In this document: in pieces, positions 29,361-41,434 of the stretch
How positions within the stretch are numbered: the stretch's first letter is position 1
Layout of the letters: each line of letters begins with the position of its first letter
Assembly (NCBI GenBank): GCA_963666055.2
Contig: CAXWPH010000002.1
Location: 344,266 to 408,265 of the forward strand
Source of the DNA: Acidobacteriota bacterium
Lineage (GTDB): Bacteria; Acidobacteriota; UBA890; WLXD01
DNA: 64,000 nt
Reading direction: 5' to 3'
Translations under genes and position numbers: made by a program
Notes under the pieces: model-generated
What the model saw: only the letters and a program-made list of their open reading frames with translations
The model's database searches: none
Told to the model about the DNA's origin: nothing

Positions 29361-30520
29361 CTACGGGTCCGTCGGCACGAGCCGCTTCAGCTCGTCGAAC
29401 CAGTTCGTGACGAACGTCACATGGTCGCTGTCGCTCTGGCTGCTCTGGCCGGTGTCGGGGAACATCACGAACCGCTGACCGTCGCCCGTCACGTCGTAGT
29501 CGGCAAAAGCGCCCGCACCGACGATGGTTATTCCATCAGGCCCACCAAGAAAACTCCCCTCGAAAAGCTGCTCGCCCATGCTGTAAGTGAAGGAATCACC
29601 TTCCTTCTTTACAGCAACCGCCATGATCCCTGTATCGGAGCGGTAGAACAGCTCCCGACCGTCGGCTGACCAGCTGGGCTGGCCGCCACCGCTGCTGGAG
29701 AGCTGCCACTTGCCCGGCCTAGGAGGATAGGGCCGGGCATAGACTTCCTTGCTTCCCGACTCGAAAAGAGTCGTACGCTATCCAGCGACCGTCCGGTGAG
29801 AAAGCCGACCACTCGTCGGCAGCATCGGTGCTCACAAAGACTTGCGGCTCCCTATCCTCCTCAAGCGGCAACACCAAAATGTCCCAGCCGGTCTGTAGTT
29901 GGAACTGGCTGTATACCAGGAACCTGCCATCCGCAGACCACGACAACGGGTACTGCGCCCTGTCGCTCTCTATCAGCCGCTCGACAGTTCCCGAGCCGTC
30001 GGCACGAGTCCGATAGATGTTCTGTGTTCCGTCGCAGTTCGACAGGAATGCGAGAAACTGCCCGTCGGGCGACCAAACAGGTTAGCTGTCGACCGCTTCA
30101 TCAAACGTCAGCCTTGTCGGCACACCCCGCTGGATGTCATAGATCCACACGTCAGCGTTTTCGTTGCGCAAGGCTTTTGCCACGGCCAGCCGTGTGCCGT
30201 CCGGAGACACCCGAGGAGAACTGTAGAAGCCAGGCTCTTCCCACAGCGGTGTCGTGTTGCCCTGCCGGTCTACCCATACGACGGGATACCCCTGAGCAAC
30301 GGCCTCGCTCAGATAGGCCAGTGTTCCTGTACTTGAGAAGCTGAACTGTCCGATATCCAATCGCCCAAAGGTGGCAAGCCCCTGCACGATGGATACCGCC
30401 GAGCCCTTCACTTCCAGCTCTCCCAGATCAAACGCGACGGCAAACAGGGTGCCCGCTCGTGATACACGAGATGCCCCGTAGGTACGTAGCGTCCCTGTCC
30501 ACCCTGCTGCACGACCCGTC
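29361..30520 (-). pseudogene. Kinase-associated TolB-like beta-propeller, degraded C-terminal half
   Basis: WVDRQG, PRVSPDGTRLAV, SWSADGRFL, FSPDGRWIAY, VTNWFDELKRLVPTDP* spread over several frames. Confidence 0.85.
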
Positions 30521-30631
30521 GGCTCCTCGAAGGGAGCGCCAGCGGCTCCGTGTCCACCTGGAACCGGGCGGCCGAGCCGGTCACGAACAACGCGGCTAGC
30601 GTGGCCGCGAGCGCGCCGCGAGCGCCGGGTG

Positions 30632-31795
30632 TCACGAGATCATTACCGCGCGCGCGAACTGGGCGTTGTTCTCCCAGCTGGTCCTCTTCTCGGCCAGGTC
30701 CTCCAGCACCGGCTGTACCCTGCCATTCGCATCGATGGCGCGCGACACGACGGTGTGCTCCCCTGCCGTGGCACCTTCCCAACGGTATACAAAGAGCTTC
30801 CAGGAGTACTTCGTATTGCGCGGATCCAGCGTCGCTTGCTCCCAAGGTCCGTCGTCGATTTTCACCTCCACCCGAGCCAGCGGCGTCCCGTCGGTCAAGG
30901 CGAACCCGTGCACGGTGTGATGGTCGGCAGCGCGCGTGACCCGGGCGATGGCCGACTTCAGCTGGATGCGGGTGACCGAGGTCTCCATGTACTTGAGGCT
31001 GCCTCCCACCTGCTTGGCCGTCAACGTGACGTAGTGGTTGGCCATGAACTTGCCCATGAATCGGCCTTCCTGCACGTGGATCTGCTTGAGCCATTTGACC
31101 TGGGCAACGCCGTACCAGCCCGGGATGATCAGCCGCAGCGGCGCTCCCTGATGGATGCTCAGCGGCTCGCCGTTGAGCTCGTACACCAGCACGGTGTCCT
31201 CGCGCATGGCGTCTTCTAGCGACATGCTGCGGGCGTATTGCTGATCGACCAGCCAGCTACTACCCCGCTTCTCGATCGTCTCGGTTCCCACATCGGCACC
31301 GAAGAAGACCACTTCCTTGCCGGCCGGCTCGACGCCCACCTCGTCGAGCAACGCGCGCAGACTCGTACCGCCCCAGCGGCCGTTGCTGACCAGCCCGTGG
31401 AAGCGGCGGCGGCTGTTGCCGGAGCACTCGAACGCACAGGCCAGCTCCGTGCGCGGGCGTCGACGGATGTCCGCCATCGACAGCTTCTGAGGCCGCGACA
31501 CTTGCCCGCTGATCTCGAGCTCGTGGGTCGCAGCGTCCACTTCAGGATGCCCGTAGTGCTGAACGGTGAAGAACTGGTCGGCCGGCGTAAAGAATTCGTC
31601 GATCTCGCGGATATCTACGAGCCGAACGATTGGCGTCGGGTTGGTTTCGAACCCGTCCGGCATGTCGGTGAACGGAACCGTTTCGTCTTGCGACATCGCG
31701 GCCAGCGCCCAATTCGGCACACCGACCACCATCGATCCGGCGACGATCGCACCGGCCTTCGTCGCGTCGCGGCGCGTCATGCGCTCAGACATCAT
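30632..31795 (-). CDS. Tat-exported sulfite oxidase-family molybdoenzyme
   Basis: TRRDATK signal; FECSGN (Mo-Cys), GAPLRLIIPGWYG..VKWL, SRAID..GRVQP. Confidence 0.9.
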   Translation of the reverse strand: MMSERMTRRDATKAGAIVAGSMVVGVPNWALAAMSQDETVPFTDMPDGFETNPTPIVRLVDIREIDEFFTPADQFFTVQHYGHPEVDAATHELEISGQVSRPQKLSMADIRRRPRTELACAFECSGNSRRRFHGLVSNGRWGGTSLRALLDEVGVEPAGKEVVFFGADVGTETIEKRGSSWLVDQQYARSMSLEDAMREDTVLVYELNGEPLSIHQGAPLRLIIPGWYGVAQVKWLKQIHVQEGRFMGKFMANHYVTLTAKQVGGSLKYMETSVTRIQLKSAIARVTRAADHHTVHGFALTDGTPLARVEVKIDDGPWEQATLDPRNTKYSWKLFVYRWEGATAGEHTVVSRAIDANGRVQPVLEDLAEKRTSWENNAQFARAVMIS

Positions 31796-31995
31796 CCTCC
31801 TCCTTCGGAAACCCGGCGAATCGGCATCCCGGGCCGGTTCCCAGTGGTCTCTCCGTTTTGGTACACGATCTGCCCGTTGACCCAGACAGTATCAATTCCG
31901 GCCGACGAAAGGTGCGGCTCTACGACGGTCGAACGATCGATGACCGCCTCCGGGTCGAACAGCACCAGGTCGGCGTAGGCGCCTTCCTCGATCGG
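31792..31995 (-). pseudogene. C-terminal fragment of an N-acyl-D-amino-acid deacylase-like amidohydrolase
   Basis: IEEGAYADLVLFDPEAVIDRST..GIDTVWVNGQIVY..TGNRPG; its stop overlaps the next start. Confidence 0.75.
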
Positions 31996-32460
31996 GATAG
32001 ATCAGGCACGTTACTCGTGTCACAATTTGTCCGAGGTGTCACGATGCCCAACCCCGGCGAGCGATAGAGCCGGACAGTCCAACAAGTTGACGATGCCGAC
32101 GAAACCCGACCCATCCCGACAGAAGGAATTGTCAGTCCGCCAAACGAACGCCATCGATCTGCTGTTGGCAGAAAAAACGGACAGCCAGGTCGCGAAAGCC
32201 GTCGGTGCTGTAGGCCGTACTTGCGGGAGAGCCGCGCCAGTCGCGCCGTCAGCGTCAGGGTCAGGCCTTTGTTCAGCGCGGCGATGGCGGGATCCATCTC
32301 CCCCTGCGGTCACGATGGGCAGGACAGCGATAACCCAGTCAGTAGGATCGAGGGGGATAGACGCCGTGCGATGTAAGGGATCACAGCACGGGGCGGCCGG
32401 TGTAAGAAACCGGCTGTGCTCGGTAGCAACCATTGCAAAGACCACGGCCAGACCACACCG

Positions 32461-32880
32461 GTGCGGAGATACGTCAAACTTGACGACATTAAAAAGAACG
32501 ATGTCGTCAAAGCGATCAAAGCCGGCATGGGGAAGGCTGAAGCTGCGGCCGTCGTCGGGGTGTCACGCCAGACGCTATACGACCATGAGCAGAAACACCC
32601 CGAGTTCAGAGAACAGGTTGGGGATGCCCAGCGGGGTGCTGTCGGTGCGGTTGAGAACGCTCTGCACGCCAAAGCGTTGGGTGGCAACGTAACGGCGATG
32701 ATCTTCTTTTTGAAGAACCGCTCGCCGGACCAGTGGCGCGACATGAAGACGGGCGAGGTCGTGCGTGCGATGGAAGCCCGGCTTCGACCTGCGCTATTCC
32801 GCGCGATGGAAACCGCTGGTATCTCTCGCCAGCAACTCGAAGCCGTCGCCGTCGCCTTAGATGACGCTGTAAACGCGTGA
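32461..32880 (+). CDS. Phage HTH protein, terminase small subunit-like
   Basis: AAAVVGVSRQTLYD..HPEFRE..VENALHAKALGGNVTAMIFFLKNR.PDQWRD. Confidence 0.65.
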   Translation: MRRYVKLDDIKKNDVVKAIKAGMGKAEAAAVVGVSRQTLYDHEQKHPEFREQVGDAQRGAVGAVENALHAKALGGNVTAMIFFLKNRSPDQWRDMKTGEVVRAMEARLRPALFRAMETAGISRQQLEAVAVALDDAVNA

Positions 32881-33360
32881 CCGGCGTGGAGTCCGTTTAC
32901 TCGGATTGGCCGATCAAACGGCCGATATCTTCGTCGAGACCGAGACAATCGACCTCGGGAGTCCAGCGGCGCGCCGCCACCTCGTTGATGGCTGGTCGCC
33001 CATCGACGAGCGCTGGGCCCAGCGCGAGGACGAGACGTTCGTGTGGGCGCGCGGGTCGCAGGCCTCGATTCGGTTCTTTCAGATCGAATCCCAACCGCAT
33101 CGCCTGCGGATCCGTGCGCGGCCACACGTGGTCGGTGAAACGCCGGTAGTCTCGACCCTTTTCTTGCCGGCACAACGGCGTGACGCTGCCCACGTCCGTG
33201 GACGTGCTGGCGGGTTGGCAAGACTACGTGGTGCCGTTGCCGACCCGTTTCCTGAGCGTGGGTGCCAACGAGCTCTCCCTGGAGTTCGACCGACCTCCCG
33301 ACGACGAGCGCTCCACCGGCACCTCGTTACGAACCCCGGTTCCTGAACGGTCGGGAGGCC

Positions 33361-35703
33361 CTAGAGGCGGAATAGCTGGGTCACCTTGAGGATGATCGAG
33401 CGGTCGATCAGCGTCGGATCTTCGATCAACCGGCGCTCGTTGTACACGAGAAACAGGTCCGCCCCCGGCGTGTGGATGAAATTCACGCGGACGTTGCTGA
33501 GGAACCGATCGGTGATGTTGTCGTACTGGAACAGCCCGGACAGAAACAGGCGGGTGTTGAAGTCATAGCCGATTCGAGCGCGCCAAATGTCGGCGACGAA
33601 GTCGCCGCCCGGGAGCTGTACGTCGTTGCGATCCAGCGACACTCGCGCCGCGAAGCGAGCACCGATGCGCGCACCGGCCTCGAGCTTCCAGACATCCCGG
33701 GTTCCGTCCCAGAAGTCGCCGAACGTGTAGTTCACCGTTCCCCAAACTGGGCGGCTCTTGTCCGATTGCGCCTCCAGGTGGATCTCGTTGAAGTGGTAGG
33801 CGCCCGGCGGTATGACCACACCCGGGACGATCTCGAAGGGCAGGTCGAGCTGCTCGAAGCGCCGGTTGTTCTCGATGCTGAGCTTGTCGCCGCGGCGCAG
33901 GAACAGGTCGAAGTCGTAGTGCTCGCGCCGTGTGATCAGCCGGTTGGCACGATCAGTCACATAAGACAGCCCCACGTGTGGGGCCAGGTTGCGTACCCAC
34001 GGGGATTCCGGGTAGTAGGGCGACCAGGTCGCCGTGGTGCTGTACGAGCGCAGCCCGACGCGGTTGACGAAGCCCAAACCGGGGTTGAAAGCGTCGCCGA
34101 CGTCCATCGCCGATCCGTTGACGGTGAATCGCGAGTTGGCCCACTCGAACTTCACCGCACCGGCCGAATCGGTGCCGGACTCGACGCCCGGCGTCTCGGT
34201 CTTCATCCACCACCCATCGACGGTTGCCCCCGAGCCGATCGCCCAGCGCCCGTCGAAGCCCAGGGAGCGGTTGTAGCTCGTGCCGCTCTCGTGCCGGTTG
34301 GTGAACAGCATGCCGATGCTGGAGCGGCTGCCGAGCTCGCGGCGCACTCGCAACACGCCGTGGTTCTCGGATCCCAGCTGCAAGCTATCCACGGCGTCGG
34401 TCTGCATGGTCAACGCGCCGATGTTCCAGCCGCCGGCCTTGCCGGTCAGGCGTACCCCGCCGAGGATCGGCACCTCGCCACCCTGAAAGATCCCGATTGT
34501 GCGCGAGTGAAACCCGATCACCCTGGCACCGTCGCGGACACCGCTGCTGCCGAACTGGAAGAGGCCGGCGTTCTCGAGGAAGAACTCGCGTTTCTCCGGG
34601 AAGAACAGCGGAAAGCGCGTGAGGTTGACCTGCACGTCGTCGGCCTCGACCTGCGCGAAGTCGGTGTTGAGCGTCGCGTCGACGGTGAGGTTCGGGGTGG
34701 CGATCCACTTGATATCGACGCCCGCATCCGCGGAAGAGTCGGTGAAGTGCGATGAGAACGGGCCCGTTACCGGCCCGTTGGCGATCTGTCCGACATCGCC
34801 GAGCGCGAACGGCTTGACCTGGAGGTTCCGCGGTCGGTCTACCGCCTGCATGCCGACCAACATCCCCGACATCGACAGCCGGGTGGCATCGTATTGCCGT
34901 GGCACCGGCGCCCAGAAGGCCTGCTCCGAGTTGCGCTTGAGCGTGCGCCGGAAGTTGATGCCCCACGCCCGCATGTTGTCGCGATCGAAGCGCAGCACCC
35001 AAAACGGGATGGCGAGCTCGACCGACCAGCCCTCGTCGTCGCGATGTCCAGCCGCCGACCAGACCGCATCCCAGTCTCTGTTGAAGGTGGCGCTGACCCC
35101 CCCCCAAAGTGCGGTGCCGCCCTCGCCGATGATCTGCGCATCGAACCGCGCGCCCAACGCGTTGGTCTCGAAGAAGTAGCCGTTGCGATGGTCGTGATAG
35201 GTATCGAGGGTTACCGCGAACGCGTCGTTGTCTCTGTGGTCCTCATCGCGCCGCAGCACCGAGGCGACCACGTTGCGCGGCGACGAGTCCCACAATCGAG
35301 CGCCGATGTAGATCGCCTCGTCGTCGTACAGCACACGAACTTCCATGCGCTCGCTCGCATCCGCGCCTTCGTCCGGCTGAGCCTGGACGAAGCGCGCCAG
35401 CGGCTCGGCTTCATCCCACACCGTGTCATCGAGCAGGCCGTCGACGTCCGGCGGTGCGGATGCCCGCACCGCGACGACCTGATACAGACGGTCCGCCTCG
35501 GTGACCGCGAGGTCGTTCCACTCGTCGCTCCCCGCGGGCGCGACCCGAGAGCTGTTGCCGGCCCCGTCCGTCTGCGCCGGCGGCTTGGACTGAGCCTCCG
35601 ACGCGGCGGGTACGATCAGCGCGGCGGCCAACCAGGCGATGACGAGGCGCCTGGCGGGCGCGTGCCGAGGGACTGTTTCAGGTGTGCAGAACACGGTGGC
35701 CAC
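33361..35703 (-). CDS. CBM9-like / DUF5916 outer-membrane protein
   Basis: PDVDGLLDD, LDTYHD, WSVELAIPF, WGINF, NTDFAQVEAD, RFPLFFPEKREFFLE. Confidence 0.88.
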   Translation of the reverse strand: MATVFCTPETVPRHAPARRLVIAWLAAALIVPAASEAQSKPPAQTDGAGNSSRVAPAGSDEWNDLAVTEADRLYQVVAVRASAPPDVDGLLDDTVWDEAEPLARFVQAQPDEGADASERMEVRVLYDDEAIYIGARLWDSSPRNVVASVLRRDEDHRDNDAFAVTLDTYHDHRNGYFFETNALGARFDAQIIGEGGTALWGGVSATFNRDWDAVWSAAGHRDDEGWSVELAIPFWVLRFDRDNMRAWGINFRRTLKRNSEQAFWAPVPRQYDATRLSMSGMLVGMQAVDRPRNLQVKPFALGDVGQIANGPVTGPFSSHFTDSSADAGVDIKWIATPNLTVDATLNTDFAQVEADDVQVNLTRFPLFFPEKREFFLENAGLFQFGSSGVRDGARVIGFHSRTIGIFQGGEVPILGGVRLTGKAGGWNIGALTMQTDAVDSLQLGSENHGVLRVRRELGSRSSIGMLFTNRHESGTSYNRSLGFDGRWAIGSGATVDGWWMKTETPGVESGTDSAGAVKFEWANSRFTVNGSAMDVGDAFNPGLGFVNRVGLRSYSTTATWSPYYPESPWVRNLAPHVGLSYVTDRANRLITRREHYDFDLFLRRGDKLSIENNRRFEQLDLPFEIVPGVVIPPGAYHFNEIHLEAQSDKSRPVWGTVNYTFGDFWDGTRDVWKLEAGARIGARFAARVSLDRNDVQLPGGDFVADIWRARIGYDFNTRLFLSGLFQYDNITDRFLSNVRVNFIHTPGADLFLVYNERRLIEDPTLIDRSIILKVTQLFRL

Positions 35704-35777
35704 TGGCGAGATGATCCGAGAGGGTGCCTAACGCTACCGCATCGCGGCATGCTGCACAGCATGTCGCGGCGTCGCGA

Positions 35778-36080
35778 TCAACCCGCCGAACCGCCCGGCT
35801 TATGGAACTTGAGCAACATGCGGTCGGTCATGAAGCGCGGCTTGCCCGCCTGCATGAACACCGCGTAGTCGGGCTCGGGCGACATGTAGGGCACCGTGCC
35901 GACTGCTACTCCCTCGCCGGTGAGGGCGCGTGTCGGCATCTGCGTGGCCTGGTGAGCATCGTCAGGGGCCAGGAGCTTGGCGAGTCCGCAGTCGAGCACC
36001 TTGACCCGACCATCGCTGCTGAGCATGACGTTGGCCGGCTTCAGATCGCGATGCGTGATGCCGCGATCGTGCGCTGCCAC
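35778..36080 (-). pseudogene. Kinase catalytic-core fragment fused to an unrelated C-terminus
   Basis: [37 protein letters not shown], then ..[11 protein letters not shown] (methyltransferase-like end). Confidence 0.75.
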
Positions 36081-36676
36081 CCCGGACTGGTGCCGTGCTT
36101 TCGGCCTGCGCCGACTCGGAGCTCGCCGAGACCAGGATTCCGGGCGCCTTCTTCCAACTGGGTGACCCACACGATGAGTCGGTCCCCGATCTGCGTGATG
36201 AAGTCGAGCGCTGGGTCGTGAACAACGGTATTCGGGACTTGGCGGAAGCCCTTCAGCCCCTGCTCGTAGAAGTCCTAAAAGGGCTACGTCTATGGAGACT
36301 GTCTACCTGCGACGTGGTTTCGGGCGACAGATGGATGGAGTTCGAGCGTGAAGTCGCTGAGCTAGAGAGGCAAGGGCTTGCCGAGCTTCTGAAAGCCGTA
36401 TCGATAGAGATGGGTGACGAAAGCCCCGACAGTACCTTGGACGACCTGCGATCACTAAATCGCCTCAGGCGCTGTCTTGTGCATATGGACGGGAGAGGTG
36501 GACCCCATTCTTTGGACAGGTTTTCGTCACGTGTGGATGTTCTCCGGCGAGGTGATTCTGCGCGACGGAAGTGCATTGGCTCTCGATGAGGCTAAGTTCA
36601 TTCTGACGAACATGGGCGATCGCCAACGCCGGCCCCTACGTCGAGACTCTCTATCGAGCCGGCCGAGCACTACCCT

Positions 36677-37054
36677 TTGGGCGATCTATCAGAAGTGCCC
36701 TACGGTGGTGGGGTGAGCCCTTCGACGCAGGAAGTGGCGGACAAGCTGCTGCCCAGGCACTCGGTCGAAGTCATCCACGAGAATAACGCCAACACCCCGG
36801 CTTTCAATACGCTGCGCGAGAAGCTGGCGACGGCATCGAAGATTATGTTCTTGGGCTTTGGGTTTCACGCCTCGAACATGACCAAGATCGGTCCGATCCC
36901 CAATCCCCCAAGCCGGGGTGAGGGAGGGCCGATCATAGCGGCGACACACAAGGGGATCAGGGCCGACCCCTGGGGAAGGCTGTGCATGGAACACTTCGGC
37001 CAGACGGCGCTCAGTCGCAACACGAACTCTGAGTTGATACGCGATCTGCTCTAG
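36677..37054 (+). pseudogene. Possible SIR2-like/Abi-type protein C-terminal fragment
   Basis: ASKIMFLGFGFHASNM resembles SIR2-like C-terminal motifs; weak. Confidence 0.35.
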
Positions 37055-37187
37055 CGTTCCCGGAAGCCCCCTGCCAGGACCAGCCCTTGGGGGTGGACTG
37101 GCGCCCGTGGGCGCTAGAGAGGCGCTGGTAGAAACGCCGCGCTAATGGATCCCATGGGATCCGCCGCTGACCAAGTTGAAGACTCCG

Positions 37188-37216
37188 TTGGATCTCACAC
37201 GCTCCGGCGATAGGCT
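37188..37216 (+). promoter_or_regulatory. Sigma70-like promoter of kinase leader module, copy 1
   Basis: TTGGAT-17 nt-TAGGCT, followed by a conserved leader and the MDPGSKLG scrap. Confidence 0.6.
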
Positions 37217-37456
37217 TCAGGCGCTCACCCACACCCCTCTGGAAGAGCCATGGACCCCGGCAGCAAACTAGGCCACTACGGGATCCTCTCCCCGCCTGGT
37301 GCGAGTGGACGGGAGTCACGCAGGAGTAATGTCCAGATCGACTTGGCATCCCGAATCAACTCGAGGAGGACGGGGCGGCCATCGCGGCGCTCATGTGCGT
37401 GTTCGTGGCCCGCCACGTCTATGCCACCGACTGAACCGAGAACACACACCCTGACC

Positions 37457-38440
37457 ATGGACACGAAGACAATGAAAGCGGCGGTGATGCGCAAGCCAGG
37501 CGCACCGGAGGTGCTGGCGATTGAGGAGTTGCCGGTTCCTCAGCCAGCGCCCGGGTGGGTACTCATCCGAGTGAAAGCGTTCGGGCTCAACCGCTCCGAG
37601 CTTTTCACGCGACAGGGTCACTCACCGGGGGTGACGTTTCCCCGTGTACTTGGCATTGAGGCGGTGGGAATTGTGGAGGAAACGCTGGGCGGCGAGTTCA
37701 AACCCGGGCAAACCGTGGCCACCGCGATGGGAGGCATGGGTCGGCAGTTTGATGGCGGCTACGCCGAGTACACCTGCGTACCTGCCATGCAGGTACAAGC
37801 GATCAACACGACGTTGGATTGGCAAACGTTGGGCGCACTGCCCGAGATGGTCCAGACCGCCTGGGGCTCGCTCACCAGTGCCTTGCGGCTGCAACCTGGT
37901 CAGAGCTTGCTGATTCGCGGTGGCACCACGTCGGTGGGCTTGGCCGCCGCGGCGCTGGCCAAACAGCAAGGCGCGACCGTCGCCGCGACGACCAGAAAAG
38001 CTGACCGTCAAGCCATGCTCGAAGGCAACGGCGCGGATCATGTGTTTATCGACAGCGGTGAGATCGCCGACGATGTACACGGCGTCTTCCCCGACGGTGT
38101 GGACAAGGTGCTGGAGCTCGTCGGAACCACCACGCTACTCGACTCGCTGCGGTGCGCTGCGCGTTTCGGCTCCGTGTGCATGACCGGCATGGTCGGCAAC
38201 GCCTGGGAGCTTGAGCGATTCAGTCCGATGGGCGCGATCCCGTCCACGGTGAGCCTGACCACTTATGCGGGCGGCGACCGGGACTTCATTGACACACCGC
38301 TACAGACGGTGGTGAACGACGTAGAGGAGGGTCGTATAACACCTAAGATCGGACGAGTCTTTCAGCTCGACGAGATCGTGGAGGCGCACCGCTGTATGGA
38401 AGACAACGCAGCTGGCGGCAAGATCGTCGTCCTGACCTGA
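37457..38440 (+). CDS. MDR-family NADPH:quinone oxidoreductase-like protein
   Basis: [45 protein letters not shown]. Confidence 0.93.
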   Translation: MDTKTMKAAVMRKPGAPEVLAIEELPVPQPAPGWVLIRVKAFGLNRSELFTRQGHSPGVTFPRVLGIEAVGIVEETLGGEFKPGQTVATAMGGMGRQFDGGYAEYTCVPAMQVQAINTTLDWQTLGALPEMVQTAWGSLTSALRLQPGQSLLIRGGTTSVGLAAAALAKQQGATVAATTRKADRQAMLEGNGADHVFIDSGEIADDVHGVFPDGVDKVLELVGTTTLLDSLRCAARFGSVCMTGMVGNAWELERFSPMGAIPSTVSLTTYAGGDRDFIDTPLQTVVNDVEEGRITPKIGRVFQLDEIVEAHRCMEDNAAGGKIVVLT

Positions 38441-38472
38441 GACAGGGGATCGCGACTCTAGGCAATACTCCG

Positions 38473-38501
38473 TTGGATCTCGCCCGCTCCGGCGATAGGC
38501 T
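38473..38501 (+). promoter_or_regulatory. Sigma70-like promoter of kinase leader module, copy 2
   Basis: TTGGAT-17 nt-TAGGCT. Confidence 0.6.
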
Positions 38502-38534
38502 TCAGGCGCTCACCCACCCTGCCTCGGGAGCGCC

Positions 38535-41195
38535 ATGGAACCCGGCACCAAACTAGGCCCCTACGAGATCCTCGGCCGGCTCGGCGCCGGGGGAATGGGC
38601 GAGGTCTATCGCGCCCGTGACCGCAACCTCGAACGCCACGTCGCCATCAAGGTACTGCCCGCGGCGTTCGCCGTGGACTCGGAGCGGATGGCCCGCTTCG
38701 CCCGGGAGGCCAAGCTGCTCGCCTCGTTGGAGCACCCGAATATCGCCGTCGTCTACGGCCTGGAGGAATGGCAGGGTACCCGCTACCTGGCACAGGAGCT
38801 GATCGACGGCGAGAGCCTGGCGCAGCGCATCAAGCGTGGGCGACTCGGGGTCGATGAGGCGCTCGAGATCTGCCGGCAGATCGCCGCGGCTCTCGAGGCA
38901 GCGCACGCCAAGTCGATCGTGCACCGCGACCTCAAGCCAGCCAACGTCATGCTGACGTCCGAGGGGCGCGCCAAGGTGCTCGACTTCGGCCTCGCCAAGC
39001 CGATCGTCGGAGATCAAGAAGGGGACCCGGAGGTCGATCTCGGGGAGTCACCAACGCTGACGACGACGCGGGTGAGAGAAGGGGTCGTCATGGGGACAGC
39101 CGCCTACATGAGCCCGCGCCAGGCGCGCCGACATCTGGGCGTTCGGGTGTGTCCTCTACGAGGCCCTCACCGGGGCTTGCGCGTTCTCCGGCGACACTCT
39201 GCTCGACATCCTCGCCGCGGTCGTGCGCGCCGAGCCCGATTGGAGTGCCCTGCCGGAACAGACGCCGTCGCGCATCCGGCTGCTGCTGAAGCGTTGCTTG
39301 CAGAAAAAGCGGCAGCGGCGACTGCAGCACATCGGTGATGCCCGTATCGAGATCGACGAGGCGCTCACCGACCCCGACGGCCACGCCGTCCCATCCTCGT
39401 CGGGGCACCGGCCCCGGCTTCGCGCCGTCCGCTGTGGTATCTCGGCATCGTCGCCGTTGCCATGACCGCCCTGGCGCTGTGGAGCCTGGCGACCCGCCCC
39501 GGTGCAGCGCCCCCGGGACGGGTGACGCGAACCTCCATCGTGCTGGCGCCCGGACAGTACATCAACGTGCAACCGTCCGCCTCGCTGGCGCTCGCGAGGG
39601 ACGGCAAGCACCTCGTCTACGGCGCTGTCTCCGACGAGGGTCAGCACCTCTACCTGAGGAGCATCGACAGTTTCGAGACCACGCGGATCCCGGGGAGCGA
39701 GGGAGGTAGAAGCCCGTTCTTCTCGCCGGACGGGATCTGGATCGGCTTCTTCAGCGGCGACTTCAAGATGAAGAAGGTGCTGGTGGCGGGGGGCGGGCTG
39801 CTGCCGATCTGCGACGTCCCGGTCGGCGACAGCGGCGCGGTGTGGCTGGAGGACAATCGCATCGTCTACGGGCTGGCGTCGACCTCGACCGGTCTGATGA
39901 GCGTGTCTGCGGACGGCGGCATCCCCGTGGACCTGACGACTCTCGACCTGGAGGCCGGAGAGCTGCGGCACGGGCGGCCGCATCCTCTACCCGGCGGGCG
40001 CCACCTGCTCTTCACGGTCTTCACGTCGGAGGCTGCCAGGGTCGAGGTCCTGTCGCTAGAGACCGGCGAGCGCAAGGAGATCCTGCAGGGGACCGAGGGA
40101 GCGCAGTATGTGGAGGGCGGCTACCTGGCGTACGGACAGTCGGGGTCGTTGCTCGTCGTGCCGTTCGACCGGGAGGGACTGGACACGACGGACTCTCCGA
40201 CTCGTATCCTCGACGGCGTCTACATGGACTCGACCAACGAGCGCGCCTACTTCGTCCTGGCTTCGGACGGCACCCTCGTCTACCTGCCGGCCGCCGCAGG
40301 TTCCTACGAGACCACTCTGGTCTGGGTCGACCGTCAGGGCCGGGAGGAACCGACCGAGGTCGAGCCGGGACAATATGCGCACCCGCAGATCTCCCCCGAT
40401 GGCACGCGCGTCGCGGTCAACAGCAACAGCCACATCTGGATCTTCGACCTGGATCGCGGCGGTAGCGGCACCCGCTTGACTCGCGAGGGCTACAACTCGA
40501 TGCCGGTCTGGTCGCCGGACGGAGAGAGGATCGCTTTCTCGTCGGCCCGTGTCGGGCCCGCGGCCGTGTACGCGAAGCGTGTCGACGGCGTCGACGAGGC
40601 CGAGCTGTTGATCGAACACGACCACGCCGCATGGCCTCGCTCCTGGTCCGCGGATGGCAACTCGCTGGCCTTCTACGAGCTCAATCCGGCCGCCGGGGCG
40701 GGACGCGACGTCTTTGCGTGGAGCTTCCGCGAGGAGGATAAGATCCCGGTCGTCACCAGCCCGGCAAACGAGCGCTCGCCGATATTCTCCCCCGATGCTC
40801 GATGGATCGCCTACACGTCGGACGAGTCGGGTCGCGACGAGGTCTACGTACGCTCCTTCGTCGGGGTCGCCGGTCAGTGGAAGATCTCGACCGAGGGCGG
40901 GCGCGAGCCGCTCTGGTCGCCGGATGGCATAGAGATCTTCTACCGGAACGGCAAGCGCGTCATGGCGGTGCGGGTGAGCACGACGTCGGGGTTCAGTCCC
41001 GAGGCCCCCGTCCGTCTCTTCGAGGGCGAGTACGCCATCGAGAACCAGGCGCACAACCAGTTCTACGCCATCGCACCAGACGGCATGCGGTTCCTGATGA
41101 TCCGCGAGAGCCAGCCGCCCTCGAGCCGCACGCGAATGCACGTGGTGACGAACTGGGTCGAGGAGTTGAGGCAGCGCGTGCCGACCGGACAGTAG
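38535..41195 (+). pseudogene. Hanks-type Ser/Thr kinase - TM - TolB-like beta-propeller, frameshifted
   Basis: [35 protein letters not shown]; small deletion and frameshift near 39125 (ADIWAFG in another frame) and another near 39420; propeller ORF 39462-41195. Confidence 0.9.
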
Positions 41196-41372
41196 AGCCT
41201 CGGCTGGCTTCCTACCTCCGCACGATCGTCTCGGGCGGCGCCGCCGTGATCTGACCTCCCCCCCCAATCCGTAGGCGGATCAGGAGGAGAGAGGGGACGC
41301 CAGCGACATCCGGGTAGCAGCCAGAAGGCACCTCCCACGCGAACATGTCGCTAATAGTGCTGCTCGCATCCA

Positions 41373-41401
41373 TTGGATCTCGCCGACTCTGGCGATAGTC
41401 T
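41373..41401 (+). promoter_or_regulatory. Sigma70-like promoter of kinase leader module, copy 3
   Basis: TTGGAT-17 nt-TAGTCT. Confidence 0.55.
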
Positions 41402-41434
41402 GCAGGCGCTCACCCACCCCTCTCTGGTAGCGCC

